DNA from: Laetmonice hystrix
Lineage: Eukaryota
Reading direction: 5' to 3'
Assembly (NCBI GenBank): GCA_965235115.1
Contig: OZ249436.1
Span: forward strand, 17,672,001 to 17,736,000
Length of the DNA stretch: 64,000 nt
In this document: positions 1-13,111 of the stretch, piece after piece
Layout of the letters: every line of letters starts with the position of its first letter
Numbering within the stretch: position 1 is the stretch's first letter
Position numbers and translations under genes: made by a program
Notes under the pieces: generated by a model
Database searches by the model: none
Seen by the model: only the letters and a program-made list of their open reading frames with translations
Told to the model about the DNA's origin: nothing

Positions 1-2641
1 CACAGCAGTGGTTAAACCCCCACCAGACAGCACATCAAACACCACACACGACTGTAAACTCGTATCACATCTAACGCTCAGCTGAGTGATGCTACGACTG
101 GACTTGGCAAGTCAGGCAGGTTCTCTACCGTCTGGCTGGCCAGACTCTATAGTACAGTCGGCGGGCGCAGGCAATGCAGTATTTAGCATATACCGCACTC
201 GTATTAATATCCGACATGCACCCGTGAGACTGAGGAAACATTTTAGAGACAGGTACATGCTTACCGTCCAACCCATCGAGTGTAAGGCGGTTTTTAGCGG
301 TAATCGTGCCGTTATGTCAGATGGGGGGCCCCAGGGGAGCCGTTTAGTTCCGACATTATCCACCAGGTGTCAGGACTGGGGAGGGCCAATCACTGGAACT
401 GCCACCAACTGTACATGAAGGCAGGGGCAGAGGGTAACTATACTAAATCCACTATTTGAATTAATTAAAAAAAATGGGAAGGTTGTGTGATTTTCCAAGG
501 TAGATAGCAGGACTCTTACTCCACTGTGCTAGGGCGTCAGGTGTACCCCAATTCACTTTCAGAATGTCCGGAAAGAGGAATTTGTATAGCTTTCTGCTGG
601 AATCACCCTGGCCTCAAGGTTCAGTACAGGTCGACTATAGGTCTAGGTGTTGTTTAGATTGGCCGCGGAGGCAGGGAGTATGACAACTAACATCGAGGCT
701 ATGCTATTGTTAGATCATTTCCTCTGAAATTAACAAAATCTTGTATCAAAGACCCTTTTTTGATCGAACTGCTTGATTGCAAAAGAGTTGATATAAAATT
801 CAATAATAATTAAAAAGCAAAAACGATTCCGTTTTTCTCTTTTATCAGAAGCCTTGCTGCGATCAAACTGCATGATCAACTGCAAAGGAATCTCTGTAAA
901 ATTAAATAAAAGTTATTATAATAAAACTATAGAGACCATTCCGGGTAATCCCGGTATGTAGGTGACGGAGAACACAACCCGTACACTGTAGGACGCCCTC
1001 TGACGGTCAGGGTACCGGCCATAATAAATGACCTCGCTATGAGTCTGTCCAGAGGGACGGACGGGGGACCTTCTCCAGGCCCAGACTGGGGTCGTTTGAC
1101 CACAGGGTAGTCTCAAACTGACCTCACCATGTGAGCAGGCGCAGGCTCGCTTCCGGTAGATTCAGGGAATGCCCCCAGGTGGCGCTGTATGTTTGGCAAA
1201 AAAAAAGAAATCAAACCCAGATATTTTCGGGGCACGTGGTAGTTGCGCACATGACTTAGAATACGGCACCGCTCAGCTAAGCCCCAATGTGGTCAGTAGG
1301 AGAAATACAAATCCGCCCAAAATGATTAATTTTTATAACCACGGCCATGGACACATAGTAATCCGGGAAACCCCTTCATTCAGTCAGGTCGCACAGATTC
1401 CTGCAGCCATGGTCCCTAGTCGGTTCCGTATTACTTATTGAGTCTTTATGAAGCCGCCACGACCTCCTCAAGTTACTCTACATGCTTTCTATGAGAACAG
1501 TCTATTATATCTGCTTCACCTCCACGAACTCGTGGCTCGCCATCACAGCAAACGGCCACTTGCTCCATCACCTCCCGCCCCAACTGGCCGCCTCTGAAGA
1601 ACCTCATTCATTAGTGCTGCCTTTAATCAGAGAGAGTGGAGTCTGTCCAGGGAGGTGTGTGGCGGTGGCGGTGGCTGAGATCGAGTCCGACCAGCTGATT
1701 GGTTGATATCACTGAGGAGTTAGAGAGGGACGCGAGAGTTTGTCTCCATTCACGTCGGACGCCGGGTCCAGCGTTCGTCTGACCTCAGACTGGGGACGTC
1801 TCAACCCGCCCCGCGTCACACCGGGTAATAGACTGCGCTCGGGGGATACGGGAGGGCGGGGCAGGGGGCAGGGGGGCACTGGAGATTCCCGTTAATGGGG
1901 TTCTCCCACACAGCAGAGTTCAGGGTCCCACGACCGGAAGGGGCCGTAGACTCACTCACATCCGACCCACGTGAACCCCCATATCTGCGTTCATACATGG
2001 TCAACCTTTGAGCGTACCTCTGAGAAAAACACCTTTGAAATCTCCAAATAAACTTATCGCACTCAAATTCCAAGTGAATGCGCTTATCTAAGGACGTGCG
2101 AGTGGACACTAGGGCGTACAGTAAGGAGGCTTTGGAAACTCCTTGAGTACTTCTATTGACGCCACTAACAATGTCCCTAGAAGCATCACTTGAGGTCGTT
2201 GGATGCCCTGGCTGGAAGCAATTTGCTGTAATTGGCGTCGCTTGCTGCTGTAGTGTATTGGATGGAGTTGGGGCGGAGCCTAGCGAGGACTAAGACCAGG
2301 TGATATTGGTGGGTGGCGGGGCAATGACCTCCCGACACACCCTCTTCATTAAAGCTGTACGGTGACGTAAGTTAGCTGAGAGTGAGAGCCTTCAATGTTA
2401 TACTGATCGCGACGACCACGCACGCTGGTTCCCACAGCACACTAGTAACAAATGACGGACCACAAAAATAGACCTTTTCGGAGCTCCTCAGACGAGAAGC
2501 TTTGAGTACTGGGATTGAAGAAAATCGCCTTGCATTTCCATGAGGACCATTAAAAATGTAATTTAAAAAAAGTAGTAGTAAGAATAACGTGGAGTAACGA
2601 TTGTGTAGATTCATACTAGCTCTGTTCTGAGCAAAGGAGTG

Positions 2642-3459
2642 ACCTAGGGAAATGTTCACGTAAGGATCACACCACTCCTTGTCTGACCAAGCAGTGACAA
2701 GTAACCATTGCCACTTACCTAAGGAAATCTTCACGTGAGGATCACACTACTCCTTGTCTGACCAAGCAGTCACAAGCAACCATTGCCACTTACCTAAGGA
2801 AATCTTCACGTGAGGATCACACTACTCCTTGTCTGACCAAGCAGTCACAAGCAACCATTGCCACTTACCTAAGGAAATCTTCACGTGAGGATCACACTAC
2901 TCCTTGTCTGACCAAGCAGTCACAAGCAACCATTGCCACTTACCTAAGGAAATCTTCACGTGAGGATCACACTACTCCTTGTCTGACCAAGCAGTCACAA
3001 GCAACCATTGCCACTTACCTAAGGAAATCTTCACGTGAGGATCACACCACTCCTTGTCTGACCAAGCAGTGACAAGTAACCATTGCCACTTACCTAAGGA
3101 AATCTTCACGTGAGGATCACACTACTCCTTGTCTGACCAAGCAGTCACAAGTAACCATTGCCACTTACCTAAGGAAATCTTCACGTGAGGATCACACTAC
3201 TCCTTGTCTGACCAAGCAGTGACAAGTAACCATTGCCACTTACCTAAGGACATCTTCCCGTGAGGATCACACCACTCCTTGTCTGACCGAGGAGGGACAA
3301 GTAACCATTGCCACTTACCTAAGGATTTCTTCCCGTGAGGATCACACCACTCCTTGTCTGACCAAGCAGTCACAAGTAACCATTGCCACTTACCTAAGGA
3401 AATCTTCACGTGAGGATCACACCACTCCTTGTCTGACCAAGCAGTGACAAGTAACCATT
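2642..3459. repeat. Minisatellite, 75-bp unit, ~11 copies
   Basis: Unit ACCTAAGGAAATCTTCACGTGAGGATCACACTACTCCTTGTCTGACCAAGCAGTCACAAGCAACCATTGCCACTT. Text repeats at 300-bp (4x75) offsets. Confidence 0.97.
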
Positions 3460-4638
3460 CTACTTATCGATGAGAGTAGGACCTGTGCGGAGTTCTCCGA
3501 TAAACTGGGCCATTTGGATTGCGTTAGTTTTAAATTCTGCAGATTATTTGATTTACAACGGATAACAACGTTGATTTGCTTATCACCGACAATTTCTACT
3601 GACCTTTTTACTTGGTATAAACTAGGTTATTGATCTAGTGCGTCGTGACCTCTTTCTTTTTATACCCGGTCATCTGGCTTGTTGTTCTCAAACTTTCAAG
3701 TGCCAGTCTTTTTAAAGTTACCAGAAACTCCAAGTCCCTGGGCCTAGGTAACGGCCTCCCCTAACATTTGACGAGACAATATAAAACCCGCACGTGGCTA
3801 AGAGATGGCCTAATAGGTGTTCGGCGTTCTCCCTAGAGGGCACTGAGGGCCAGGCTGGTGCTAGCTCGGCGATTCTCGCGATACTTGGCTGTCACAAGCG
3901 GAGACAAACCAGACCCGTTGAGACGACCTACCTCGACCTCAACACCTCGTGGCCGCATGCCTTTCATCAGTGTGCCGAATGATCCGCGTATTGCTGCTAA
4001 AACACTAACAAATTCCCCATGGAGTACCGACATCAATTTGTAGCAACAATATTAGATCGGATTTGATTGGTGTAGGACACGTAAGCTCTAGTGACGTGAT
4101 GTGTTGACGTCACACCCAGTCACGCGTTTGAACCAACATGTACTACAAACAAACTTTTAGGCAGTATTATGATATACATTTTAGTTGCCAGCGATCTAAA
4201 CTAGATTGCCTCAAAGTCTCAACACTTTACTGAAGGAGCCAACAAAAGCATCGAGATGTGCCTTGATACAGGATGACTGTTTCTCCCAGGGCCCGTATTG
4301 CTCATATATTTCCAGGTATCTGTGATTGCTGAGATGTTGTGGCAGGGTTTATGAGGGCCCCTGGCGGCAAGGTTAGGGACTATCAGTGGGGACCGTCACT
4401 GTTCCGGCAATGCGCGCACTTCACAGCTTTATTTAGCAGCCGATAGGGGGTGCCTGATGTTAACGGGTCATTGTTTGGATATTGCTGTGTGACCAAAATC
4501 AAAGATCGCTTATCGTAACCTATTAGTTTATATCGCTACGTTCCATTCCAAGTATAAAGTGGATGTATGCTGCGTTCTCATCAGCTGACCTGTGTCCCTC
4601 AGATCCTAAAGTGATTGCTTGTCAGTGGACGCTGAAGG

Positions 4639-4770
4639 TGGGGAGGGGGCGGGGCGGGGCGAGGGGAGGGGCGGGGAGGGGAGGGGGCGGGGCGAGGTGG
4701 GGCAGGGCGGGGAGGGGGCGGGGCGGGGTGGGTGGGGCGTGGCAAGGTGGGGCTGGGCGGGGGCGGGGTG
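4639..4770 (+). repeat. G-rich low-complexity tract (GGGCG/GGGAG)
   Basis: Many G3-G4 runs with short spacers. Confidence 0.9.
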
Positions 4771-5325
4771 AGAGCAGGTAACTCGATGAGTGTAAGTGCC
4801 CTACCACTACCCCTCTCATCTGCCCCTAAATAGGTTCCAAATCACATACCATTGGGCATTAAATAGGCCCCAGATTTTATGAGCTTTTAACAAAAAACCA
4901 ACCTATCAACGACGGCCTTAAGGAAAGCCTCATTCTCGCACTCGATTCCTTTCGGCAATCTTCGGCAATCTTCGTTCTTTCGGGAGAAAGCACTCTCACA
5001 GATTACATATCACTCACGGCCCAAATAGGAAAATAGCGCCACCTCACTCGTTAGCTTACTACACCAGTGACATAAAGTAGGCCTAGGCCTATCGAAGAGG
5101 GGCATCAAGCAGTGATATTTCTTTATTTAAACTTACGCTGAGTGTTTGTCTTTGGATTAACCACCGGTTCGGCTGGTGTCACGGGGAAATCCGCCATATA
5201 GCTTCTCAAAGAAATAGGCCTAGTTCGGCAAGCGGTGCCTGGTCCCCTGCGGCTTACCCAGGGTCCCGTGCAGGATATGAGCGTTCATTTCAGCAAATGG
5301 GCGCGAATGTGTGCGTGGGAAAGCC

Positions 5326-5385
5326 CACTGGCGGATCCAGGGGGGGGGGGGGGTTCAGGGGGTTCGAACCCCCGCCCCCTAAAAT
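5326..5385 (+). mobile_element. Fragment (one terminus) of a related MITE
   Basis: CACTGGCGGATCCAGGGGG...GGTTCAGGGGGTTCGAACCCCC resembles the left end of the 25787 element. No partner TIR found. Confidence 0.4.
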
Positions 5386-6842
5386 GCAGAACAGTCAGTA
5401 GACCATACAGACAGAGGTGCATCCCCCATGGTAACTTAAAGCCCACGAAATTTGGTCGAAAGTAAAGATCCATAGCCCCGACCATATCATATAGTCAGTA
5501 GACCATACAGACAGAACTGTCAGTAGACCGTACAGACACAGACAGGACAGTGAGCAGACAGGGCAGTGTTGGGGGGAAACTATGCTATCTGTAATACGAG
5601 AACAATGTATCTTTATCCATGGTTTAAGGGTACAGTGACTGGACAGCTCCCGTCATTATGAAATCTCTATCACGATATCCTGATTATGAGAGCCTGATTT
5701 TCCTATGTATAGACCTACTTTATGGACTTTCTCCTGGTCCGGTGGGGTTCCTGTCTACATACGTATATCGTTGTCCTTTGGCACAGCATTCTTCCACCCT
5801 GGCAGTTAATCTTCTTGTTGATGTATTGTTTAATCATATAATTGAACCACGTGGATCCCATGTGTTTGCCGTTTTTATCCTGATATGTTTTCTTGATGAT
5901 TTACTTGATTAAAGCAGGGACGTAATACCCCCCCCCCCCCCATACACACACCGGAGTAAAACTTATGCCATACAAAGTCCGCACTCTGCCTGGTCTGCAG
6001 TTTCTAACTTTGTTAACAGTTTTTTCTCTCTCTATTTTCGGTACATTTTTCGAGGCCAGACTCTGAATCGACGCCGGAGAAAAGGTGTCATATCTGTCTC
6101 TCTTTCACAGCTGGCTCGCAGTGGCTGTGAATTGTAGTGGAGTTAATGCTGTTAAATGTATAACGATTGGAAACCTCAGGGGCAATGTCAGTCTCGCCCT
6201 CCCGCTTTGAATGCCAGCGATTTCAGTCGAAATGCCTTTATTTAACACATAAATAGTGCCAACTGGGACAGGTAAAGTGCGACCTGTCTGGCGTTCATTG
6301 TTGCCTGTCTGCTGAGCTCATCAAATTGAGAGTCTGGACGCGCAGAGTTGTATCCCACGTGACCTGAAGCTGGGCCGGGCGGTGTGAAGTTCTCCTCGTA
6401 TATTATTAATCGTCAATATCTGCTTGTATTCACCAGTGACCAAACATCGCTGTAGGTCAATGTGCGCGCGCACACTCGGCGATTGGTGTGAACCATCAGA
6501 GACCAGCCTACCGTCTGTGAATTAACATGTAAGTGGGTTCTAATGTTCGGATTAATTAAAAAGATCATTCATATCCGTAACTTCTATGACTTGTCGAAAT
6601 AGAAAGAAATACTCTGGAGGAAGCTCCGGGGGCCTCAGACTTGCGGCTCTATCACTGAACTATCTACGGCCGTTCCTGTTGAACTCCAAAGATGAGGGAC
6701 ATACGTCACTCGTAGAGATGGTTCGGTCACCTGCTCACCCACCAGAGGGAGTTGTGAACGGTGACGTGGCCACGTCATGTGACCACACCATGTAATCGAT
6801 CTCTGATGAAGCGGGCAGTTTGCCGATAACCAGTCGTAGACA

Positions 6843-6942
6843 ACTGACCGACCAGTCTCTACAGACTCTCCACTCACTGACCGACCAGTCTCTACAGACT
6901 CTCCACTCACTGACCGACCAGTCTCTACAGACTCTCCACTCA
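6843..6942. repeat. 33-bp unit x3
   Basis: CTGACCGACCAGTCTCTACAGACTCTCCACTCA repeated exactly. Confidence 0.95.
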
Positions 6943-7542
6943 GGCTGGTCGATGTTTACCCAAAACATCCATACCACAACGACCTCTGGTGAGATCAGGT
7001 GGAGTTAGTCGTGGCCCTGTGTCCAACTGTCACTAATATTAATGGTTACGGGTTCCAGGGACTCTCAGATAACAACATGGAGAAAGTCATGGAAATAGTA
7101 CGTGAGACTGATCACACTAAAATAAAATTGAAAATCAAGATAACTTGCTCTTACATAGGTTACAACTGTAGATATGATAGGCAATCGACGACGCACAAAA
7201 AAATTAATAGCAAACAAAGTTTAGTAAGCCTACACCTTTAGATTCGATAAAGATGAAAAAGGATTCTTGGAAGCAGAAACTGGTTCAAAACATCACACCC
7301 ATGACCTTCATGTTCGATGTAACGTATGCGCCTACCAGCACTTTCAATACATGCATGTACATTCACCTGTGTCGTCCTTCGTGGACCTCACTTATTGGTT
7401 CTGTGTCTAGTATAGGGTCATATGGGACGCCCCCTGGGTCATAAACTGGCTCTATAGGAGGGTAACTGGGTCATTAACTGGGTCTACGCGATAGGGTCTA
7501 CAGGAGGGTCAATCGAGTAGAATCGTCCCTGGGTGAGGCGGG

Positions 7543-8729
7543 CGGACAGGTCGGGCGGTTATGAGGGTGTATACCGGACAGGTCGGGCGGGTATGGGGGT
7601 GTATACCGGACAGGTCGGGCGGGTATGGGGGTGTATACCGGACAGGGAGGGCGGGTATGAGGGTGTATATATACCGGACAGGGAGGGCGGGTATGAGGGT
7701 GTATACCGGACAGGGAGGGCGGGTATGAGGGTGTATAGCGGACAGGGAGGGCGGGTATGAGGGTGTATAGCGGACAGGGAGGGCGGGTATGAGGGTGTAT
7801 AGCGGACAGGGAGGGCGGGTATGAGGGTGTATACCGGACAGGGAGGGCGGGTATGAGGGTGTATACCGGACAGGGAGGGCGGGTATGAGGGTTATACCGG
7901 ACAGGGAAGGCGGGTATGAGGGTGTATACCGGACAGGGAGGGTGGGTATGAGGGTGTATACCGGACAGGGAGGGCGGGTATGAGGGTGTATACCGGACAG
8001 GGAGGGCGGGTATGAGGGTGTATACCGGACAGGGAGGGCGGGTATGAGGGTTATACCGGACAGGGAGGGCGGGTATGAGGGTGTATACCGGACAGGGAGG
8101 GCGGGTATGAGGGTGTATAGCGGACAGGGAGGGCGGGTATGAGGATGTATAGCGGACAGGGAGGGCGGGTATGAGGGTGTATACCGGACAGGGAGGGCGG
8201 GTATGAGGATGTATAGCGGACAGGGAGGGCGGGTGTGAGGGTGTAATACCGGACAGGGAGGGCGGGTATGAGGGTGTATACCGGACAGGGAGGGCGGGTA
8301 TGAGGGTGTATATACCGGACAGGGAGGGCGGGTATGAGGGTATATACCGGACAGGGAGGGCGGGTATGAGGGTGTATATCGGACAGGGAGGGCGGGTATG
8401 AGGGTGTATATACCGGACAGGGAGGGCGGGTATGAGGGTGTATACCGGACAGGGAGGGCGGGTATGAGGGTGTATATACCGGACAGGGAGGGCGGGTATG
8501 AGGGTATATACCGGACAGGGAGGGCGGGTATGAGGGTGTATATACCGGACAGGGAGGGCGGGTATGAGGGTGTATATACCGGACAGGGAGGGCGGGTATG
8601 AGGGTGTATACCGGACAGGGAGGGCGGGTATGAGGGTGTATATACCGGACAGGGAGGGCGGGTATGAGGGTGTATACCGGACAGGGAGGGCGGTTATGAG
8701 GATGTATGCCAGACAGGTAGGGCGGTTAT
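7543..8729. repeat. Minisatellite, 32-bp unit (31-34 bp variants), ~36 copies
   Basis: CCGGACAGGGAGGGCGGGTATGAGGGTGTATA. Confidence 0.97.
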
Positions 8730-10036
8730 TAGATCCCCTCGGGTCATGCGCACGCTGACCCTTCAGACCGCTCGCCAGGCGTAAGGCTACATCCACCTCT
8801 GTTCCCCACAATATAGTTCCCACAAATTGGCTTATGTGGGAACTCGTTAAAATTTGCGACCACACGAGGCGGATCATTGGGCGCGGCAGGCGGGCAGTAT
8901 GTGGTGTTATCTCGGAGTGGGTTGCTGATTCTATGGGCGGCAGCTGGACCGGTACCTCTCGAGGTACAGCCGGCCTCAGGCCAGGTCCCAGGCCGACCCT
9001 CGCCCGACCCTCGCCCGGCCACATCCCGGGTCCCCTCCCGGCTCCCCTCTGTTCCTCCCCCGAGCCCCTACCGTCACCTCCCGAGTCCCCCACCAAGGTC
9101 GCCGACTCACGGTCACTAAAGGTCCGCACCCATTCCATCCGGTCCGGTTTGCGAATTCCTCCTCCTCGGGTGTCAATAAAGTCGTTTTAATCGATAACCA
9201 CGTCATTGACCACCTGACGGAAAGCGAAATTAGTTTTGGCCACTGATGACCAAGGCCAGATCCGATCCGATTGGGCCAGGTTACCAGATGCCCGTGCGAG
9301 GATGTGTTGTGCCCAGGTGATGAGCAGGTATTGTCCTGACCTGACCATCGGGCCCTGGGATCTGGTAACGGAACCTCAGAAGGAGGTTAGTGGGAGTAAA
9401 ATGACCGGTCCACGACGTACGACGTACGACGTGTATTCACACACGTCGGGTCCAGTCCTTCCATAAGGTGTCTCTAAAATAAGCCGTTCGTCATTTCTTC
9501 GTCACATCCACGATGGTTCACTGGTAATAAGAACACGATCCGTTTGTAGATCCCTGAATGTGAAGAAAAGAATCCTACGACAACTCTCGTCTGGTGAATT
9601 AGAAAGAAATCATTGGCAAGGCCCATCGCGTCTATAGTTTGTAGGCCTGTCAGAGAAAAGCGAATCTCTTAGAGTTTACATCGATTCATCTAATCCAGTT
9701 TACATAAGTAAAAGACATGTTTCAAAAGTTTGTCTTGGCAAAGGTTCGCATTGTTCCTCAAAGTGTCCGTTCCGTGATATATAGTGATTAAAGGAAGCTC
9801 CATTTTTACATTGAGTGCACAAACATGGGATAGGATTGGTTGTGAACTGATGAGTTGAGCTGACATTTGTCTTCATTGATAGCCGTAGGGACGAACATAA
9901 CTTGTGTAGGAATATGGAGACTTGACTACGAGTTAGGCGCTTACGACATACCACCCTCATCCGGGTATCAGAATCTGACAATAAACGGCTCATATTTCAT
10001 CATCAGCGCGCAGTATCCGGTATCTCGGTTCGCGCA

Positions 10037-12400
10037 CTTTTCTTTTCTTTTCTCCGTGCGTTTTTCCCAGATCGCCGGGACGCCCGTTCCCCTGTGGGGG
10101 TGGGGCTACGCTGTATCCCATTCATTTAGATGGGTATTAATTCTTATTAGGTTTTTTGCTGCCTTATGCACTATGTTCATGTCTTTCGAGAATATTTGCG
10201 AGATCAGGGTTTTTGTCTCATCGTCTTTGTGTATTCCTGGGCATGTTTCCATAAGGTGTTGTTGTGTTTCATCTTCTTGGCCACACCCCCTACATTGTAG
10301 GTTATTATATTTGTTTTTATAGTTTCCTTTGGCCTTTATCATCCTTGTTCTTGCCATGAATATTGCACTTGCCTGATTCCTTGTTAGTTCCTGTAGGTAT
10401 GTCGGTGTTCTTTTTCCATCTTCCTTGTTTGTTGTTAGGAATATATACTTAGATTTGTTTCTCCCGTCATTCTTCATTTTCTCCTCCATTTGTTGTTTCG
10501 CCATTCTCCTTATTGTCTCTTTCCTTTGGTGTATCCCCATTGTTTGGAGGTTTGATATATCCATGCTCATCTGTTCTGCCAGTTGTCTGGTTCTTTGGTT
10601 CCATGATTTAGTGTTGTTGTCTTGGGTTATTTGTCTCATGCTTTTCAGGTTATTTCCTTGTAGTTTGGTGGCATAGTTAATTTTTTTTGTGGCTATTATG
10701 TGTTCAATGTCAAGGAGTTTGGTTTCTTCGTATATGCATTCTCTTGGGGTGGATTGGGGTATTCTTAGGAGTCTTTTTATTATGTTGTCGAGGATTGTAT
10801 TCAGTTTTTTCATTTGGGTTCGGTTTATGGTCCATGTTTCAGCTCCATATGTTATTATCGGGATTATGCATGTTTTCACTAGTGTCCATATGGTTTCCAT
10901 CTCTATGCCTTTGAAGTTGTCGTCTTCTGCTATCTGTAGGATGGTTTGTAGTGCTGCTTCAGTTTTTCTTTCTGTCTCTTGGATGTGGTCGTCTATGTTG
11001 TTTTTATTGTTAATAGTCTCTCCCAGGTACTTGTATTTATTTGTTGGTTCTATGGTAACGTCCCCTATTGTTAGTATATTGTCGTGGTTTCCCTTACCTA
11101 TGGTCATGGTTTTTGATTTTTCTTTTCCGAATTCAATTCTCAGGTCACTCGCCACTCTGTTTGTTATTGCTAGTAGTCTCTTTTGGTCATCCATGTTGTT
11201 TGTTATTAGGACTACATCATCTACCCACAGGAGGCAGATTGAGTTCTTGTCGATGCTGGTTTCCTGGGGTTCTTTGGCTTTCATTATTTCCTTGTTGATT
11301 TCATCCATGAGTGTGGCGTATTGGGTGACCGCTAGGACTCCACCTTGTCTTATGCTATCTCTTATTTTTATGGGTCTGGTGTTGCCGTGGGATGTTCTTA
11401 TTGTAGCTGTTAGGTTATTGTTGAGTTTATCTATTAGGTTCCAGGTGGCTCCTGTGCATCCTTGTTTGTGGAGTATGAACATGATGGCATCGATCCATGC
11501 CTTATCGTATGCTTTGGTCACATCTAGGAATGTTATGTATGTATTTTTGTTGCAATTTTTGTTTTGTCTTATTATTTCTTTTATTCTTAGGATGTGGTCC
11601 GTGGTGCTCATCCCTTTTCTCCCTCCTGCTTGTTCGTCTGTTATTTTTATGGTTTTTAGGATTCTGTTGTTTATCAGTCTCTCATATGTTTTTCCTATGT
11701 TACTTGACAGGGTTATACCTCTTTCATTGCTGCATTTTCCTTTGACTCCTTTTCCTTTATACATTCTAATGACTTCTCCCTCTAGCCATTGGGTTGGGAT
11801 TTCCTTGGTTTCCGAGATGTGGTTGAGTGCTGCTAGGTATATTTTCCTTGTTCTCTTGTTAGCATTTATGAGCACTGTGTTTGGTATGTTATCTGGTCCA
11901 TTGGCCTTTTGTTTTTTGAGTTTTTTAATGACTGTGTTCAGCTCTTCGCTAGTGAATGGTTCCATTTGGTCCTGTTGTGTGGTTTGTCTTAGTTTGTTGA
12001 CCGTTGCTTGTATGTTTTTTGAGCTTTCTTCGTTTTCTGGTTTTCCTTCTCTTGCTTGGTACAGTTGTTCGTAGTAGTTAGCTATGTGGTTCTTTTTCTC
12101 CTGGGGGTTGGTTATCTCTACTCCTTGTTCGTTTCGGAGGTATTTGTCTATGTTATCTTCCTTTTTTAGGATTTTCTTCCTTGTTTTCCAGAAATCTTTG
12201 GACTTCGACCCTCCTTGGAGTACAAGGTTTTTCATTTTTATCCTTGTTGTTATCTCTAGGTTCGCTTGAATTCTGTTTCTTAGGTTTTTCTGTGCTCTTA
12301 TGTAGTTGTCCTGTTTCTGTTCTATTTGGGAGTTAGGCTGTTTTGTTTTGATGGCCTTTTCGTACTCTTGTCTTGTTTTTCGTTTTTCTTCTCTTAAGCA
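10037..12400 (-). mobile_element. 5'-truncated non-LTR retrotransposon (LINE), ORF2 RT region plus short 3' UTR and (GAAAA)3 tail
   Basis: Intact RT ORF. Strongly A-rich coding strand that stops abruptly near 12400. After the stop codon there is an ~55-bp GC-rich UTR, then (CTTTT)3 on the + strand at 10037-10051. No endonuclease domain is present and no clear TSD was seen. Confidence 0.93.
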
Positions 12401-12454
12401 CGGAATGCCGGGAGTGTCGAGCAGACGACTCCAGTCAAACCATCCGGGTCTCAA
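10106..12454 (-). CDS. LINE ORF2 fragment: reverse transcriptase with C-terminal CxxC...H...C motif (first ~20 aa probably read-through from flanking DNA)
   Basis: 782-aa ORF with non-LTR RT blocks: KANGPDNI, SNERGITLSSNIGKTYERLI, EQAGGRKGMSTTDHI, FLDVTKAYD, IRQGGVL, LLWVDD, YKYLG. C-terminal CRGCGQEDETQQHLMETC. Confidence 0.92.
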   Translation of the reverse strand: MRPGWFDWSRLLDTPGIPCLREEKRKTRQEYEKAIKTKQPNSQIEQKQDNYIRAQKNLRNRIQANLEITTRIKMKNLVLQGGSKSKDFWKTRKKILKKEDNIDKYLRNEQGVEITNPQEKKNHIANYYEQLYQAREGKPENEESSKNIQATVNKLRQTTQQDQMEPFTSEELNTVIKKLKKQKANGPDNIPNTVLINANKRTRKIYLAALNHISETKEIPTQWLEGEVIRMYKGKGVKGKCSNERGITLSSNIGKTYERLINNRILKTIKITDEQAGGRKGMSTTDHILRIKEIIRQNKNCNKNTYITFLDVTKAYDKAWIDAIMFILHKQGCTGATWNLIDKLNNNLTATIRTSHGNTRPIKIRDSIRQGGVLAVTQYATLMDEINKEIMKAKEPQETSIDKNSICLLWVDDVVLITNNMDDQKRLLAITNRVASDLRIEFGKEKSKTMTIGKGNHDNILTIGDVTIEPTNKYKYLGETINNKNNIDDHIQETERKTEAALQTILQIAEDDNFKGIEMETIWTLVKTCIIPIITYGAETWTINRTQMKKLNTILDNIIKRLLRIPQSTPRECIYEETKLLDIEHIIATKKINYATKLQGNNLKSMRQITQDNNTKSWNQRTRQLAEQMSMDISNLQTMGIHQRKETIRRMAKQQMEEKMKNDGRNKSKYIFLTTNKEDGKRTPTYLQELTRNQASAIFMARTRMIKAKGNYKNKYNNLQCRGCGQEDETQQHLMETCPGIHKDDETKTLISQIFSKDMNIVHKAAKNLIRINTHLNEWDTA

Positions 12455-13111
12455 AGTTTATTAATGCTAACAGAAATGAGTCCGACTAAACTTCTGCGGA
12501 TCCACGGAATGCTGTCATTATGAATATTCAGGTGATTTTTTACAATTAGGAATGTGTTGGTGGAAGGCATAAATCAGGCGGGGGGGGGGGGGGGGAGACG
12601 ATAACAAATGGCAAGGTCAGACGAGAAGCTTGATGATAGTGTAGTGATACATACACTCAGAATACCCGTCAAATATGGGCTGGAACCCGTTATGGTACGC
12701 CCGTTATGGCAGAAACATAAAACACGACGGAAGGTATTCGGATAGAGCTGTCGTTCATACACTTCTCCCTGACAGCTCCCAACAGATCTTAACATTCAGA
12801 AAATACTTCAGTATGTTTATGATTAAGGACATAGGATTAAAAATCGTATATTGCGATGTATGGATGTCAACACACGGCGATGCATCATGTCGTAAAGGGG
12901 GAAGACGGCGCCCTTTGCGGGGTGTTTTCATTAAGAAAGTTCATCGAGAGCTTTCTTACATACTAATTGAAACTCTACCAATTACAATATCAAGTCGCTT
13001 TATGACGTACTATGGTAACGAACAGTGGAACACCGCCATCCCAGGAACTGTCTCAGATTAGTTAAGTCGGCCCAACATTTTACTGAGTGTTAGGGTACAA
13101 TAGGGGGGGGG

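Noticed and set aside
1816..2290. ~155-codon open minus-strand frame after an acceptor-like site
   Set aside because: No recognisable domain and no compatible neighbouring exon.
7498..9138. 546-aa Pro-rich ORF
   Set aside because: Read-through of the 32-bp minisatellite, with the frame rotating between units.
10689..12074. 461-aa plus-strand hydrophobic ORF
   Set aside because: Antisense shadow of the A-rich LINE RT ORF, with no independent motifs.
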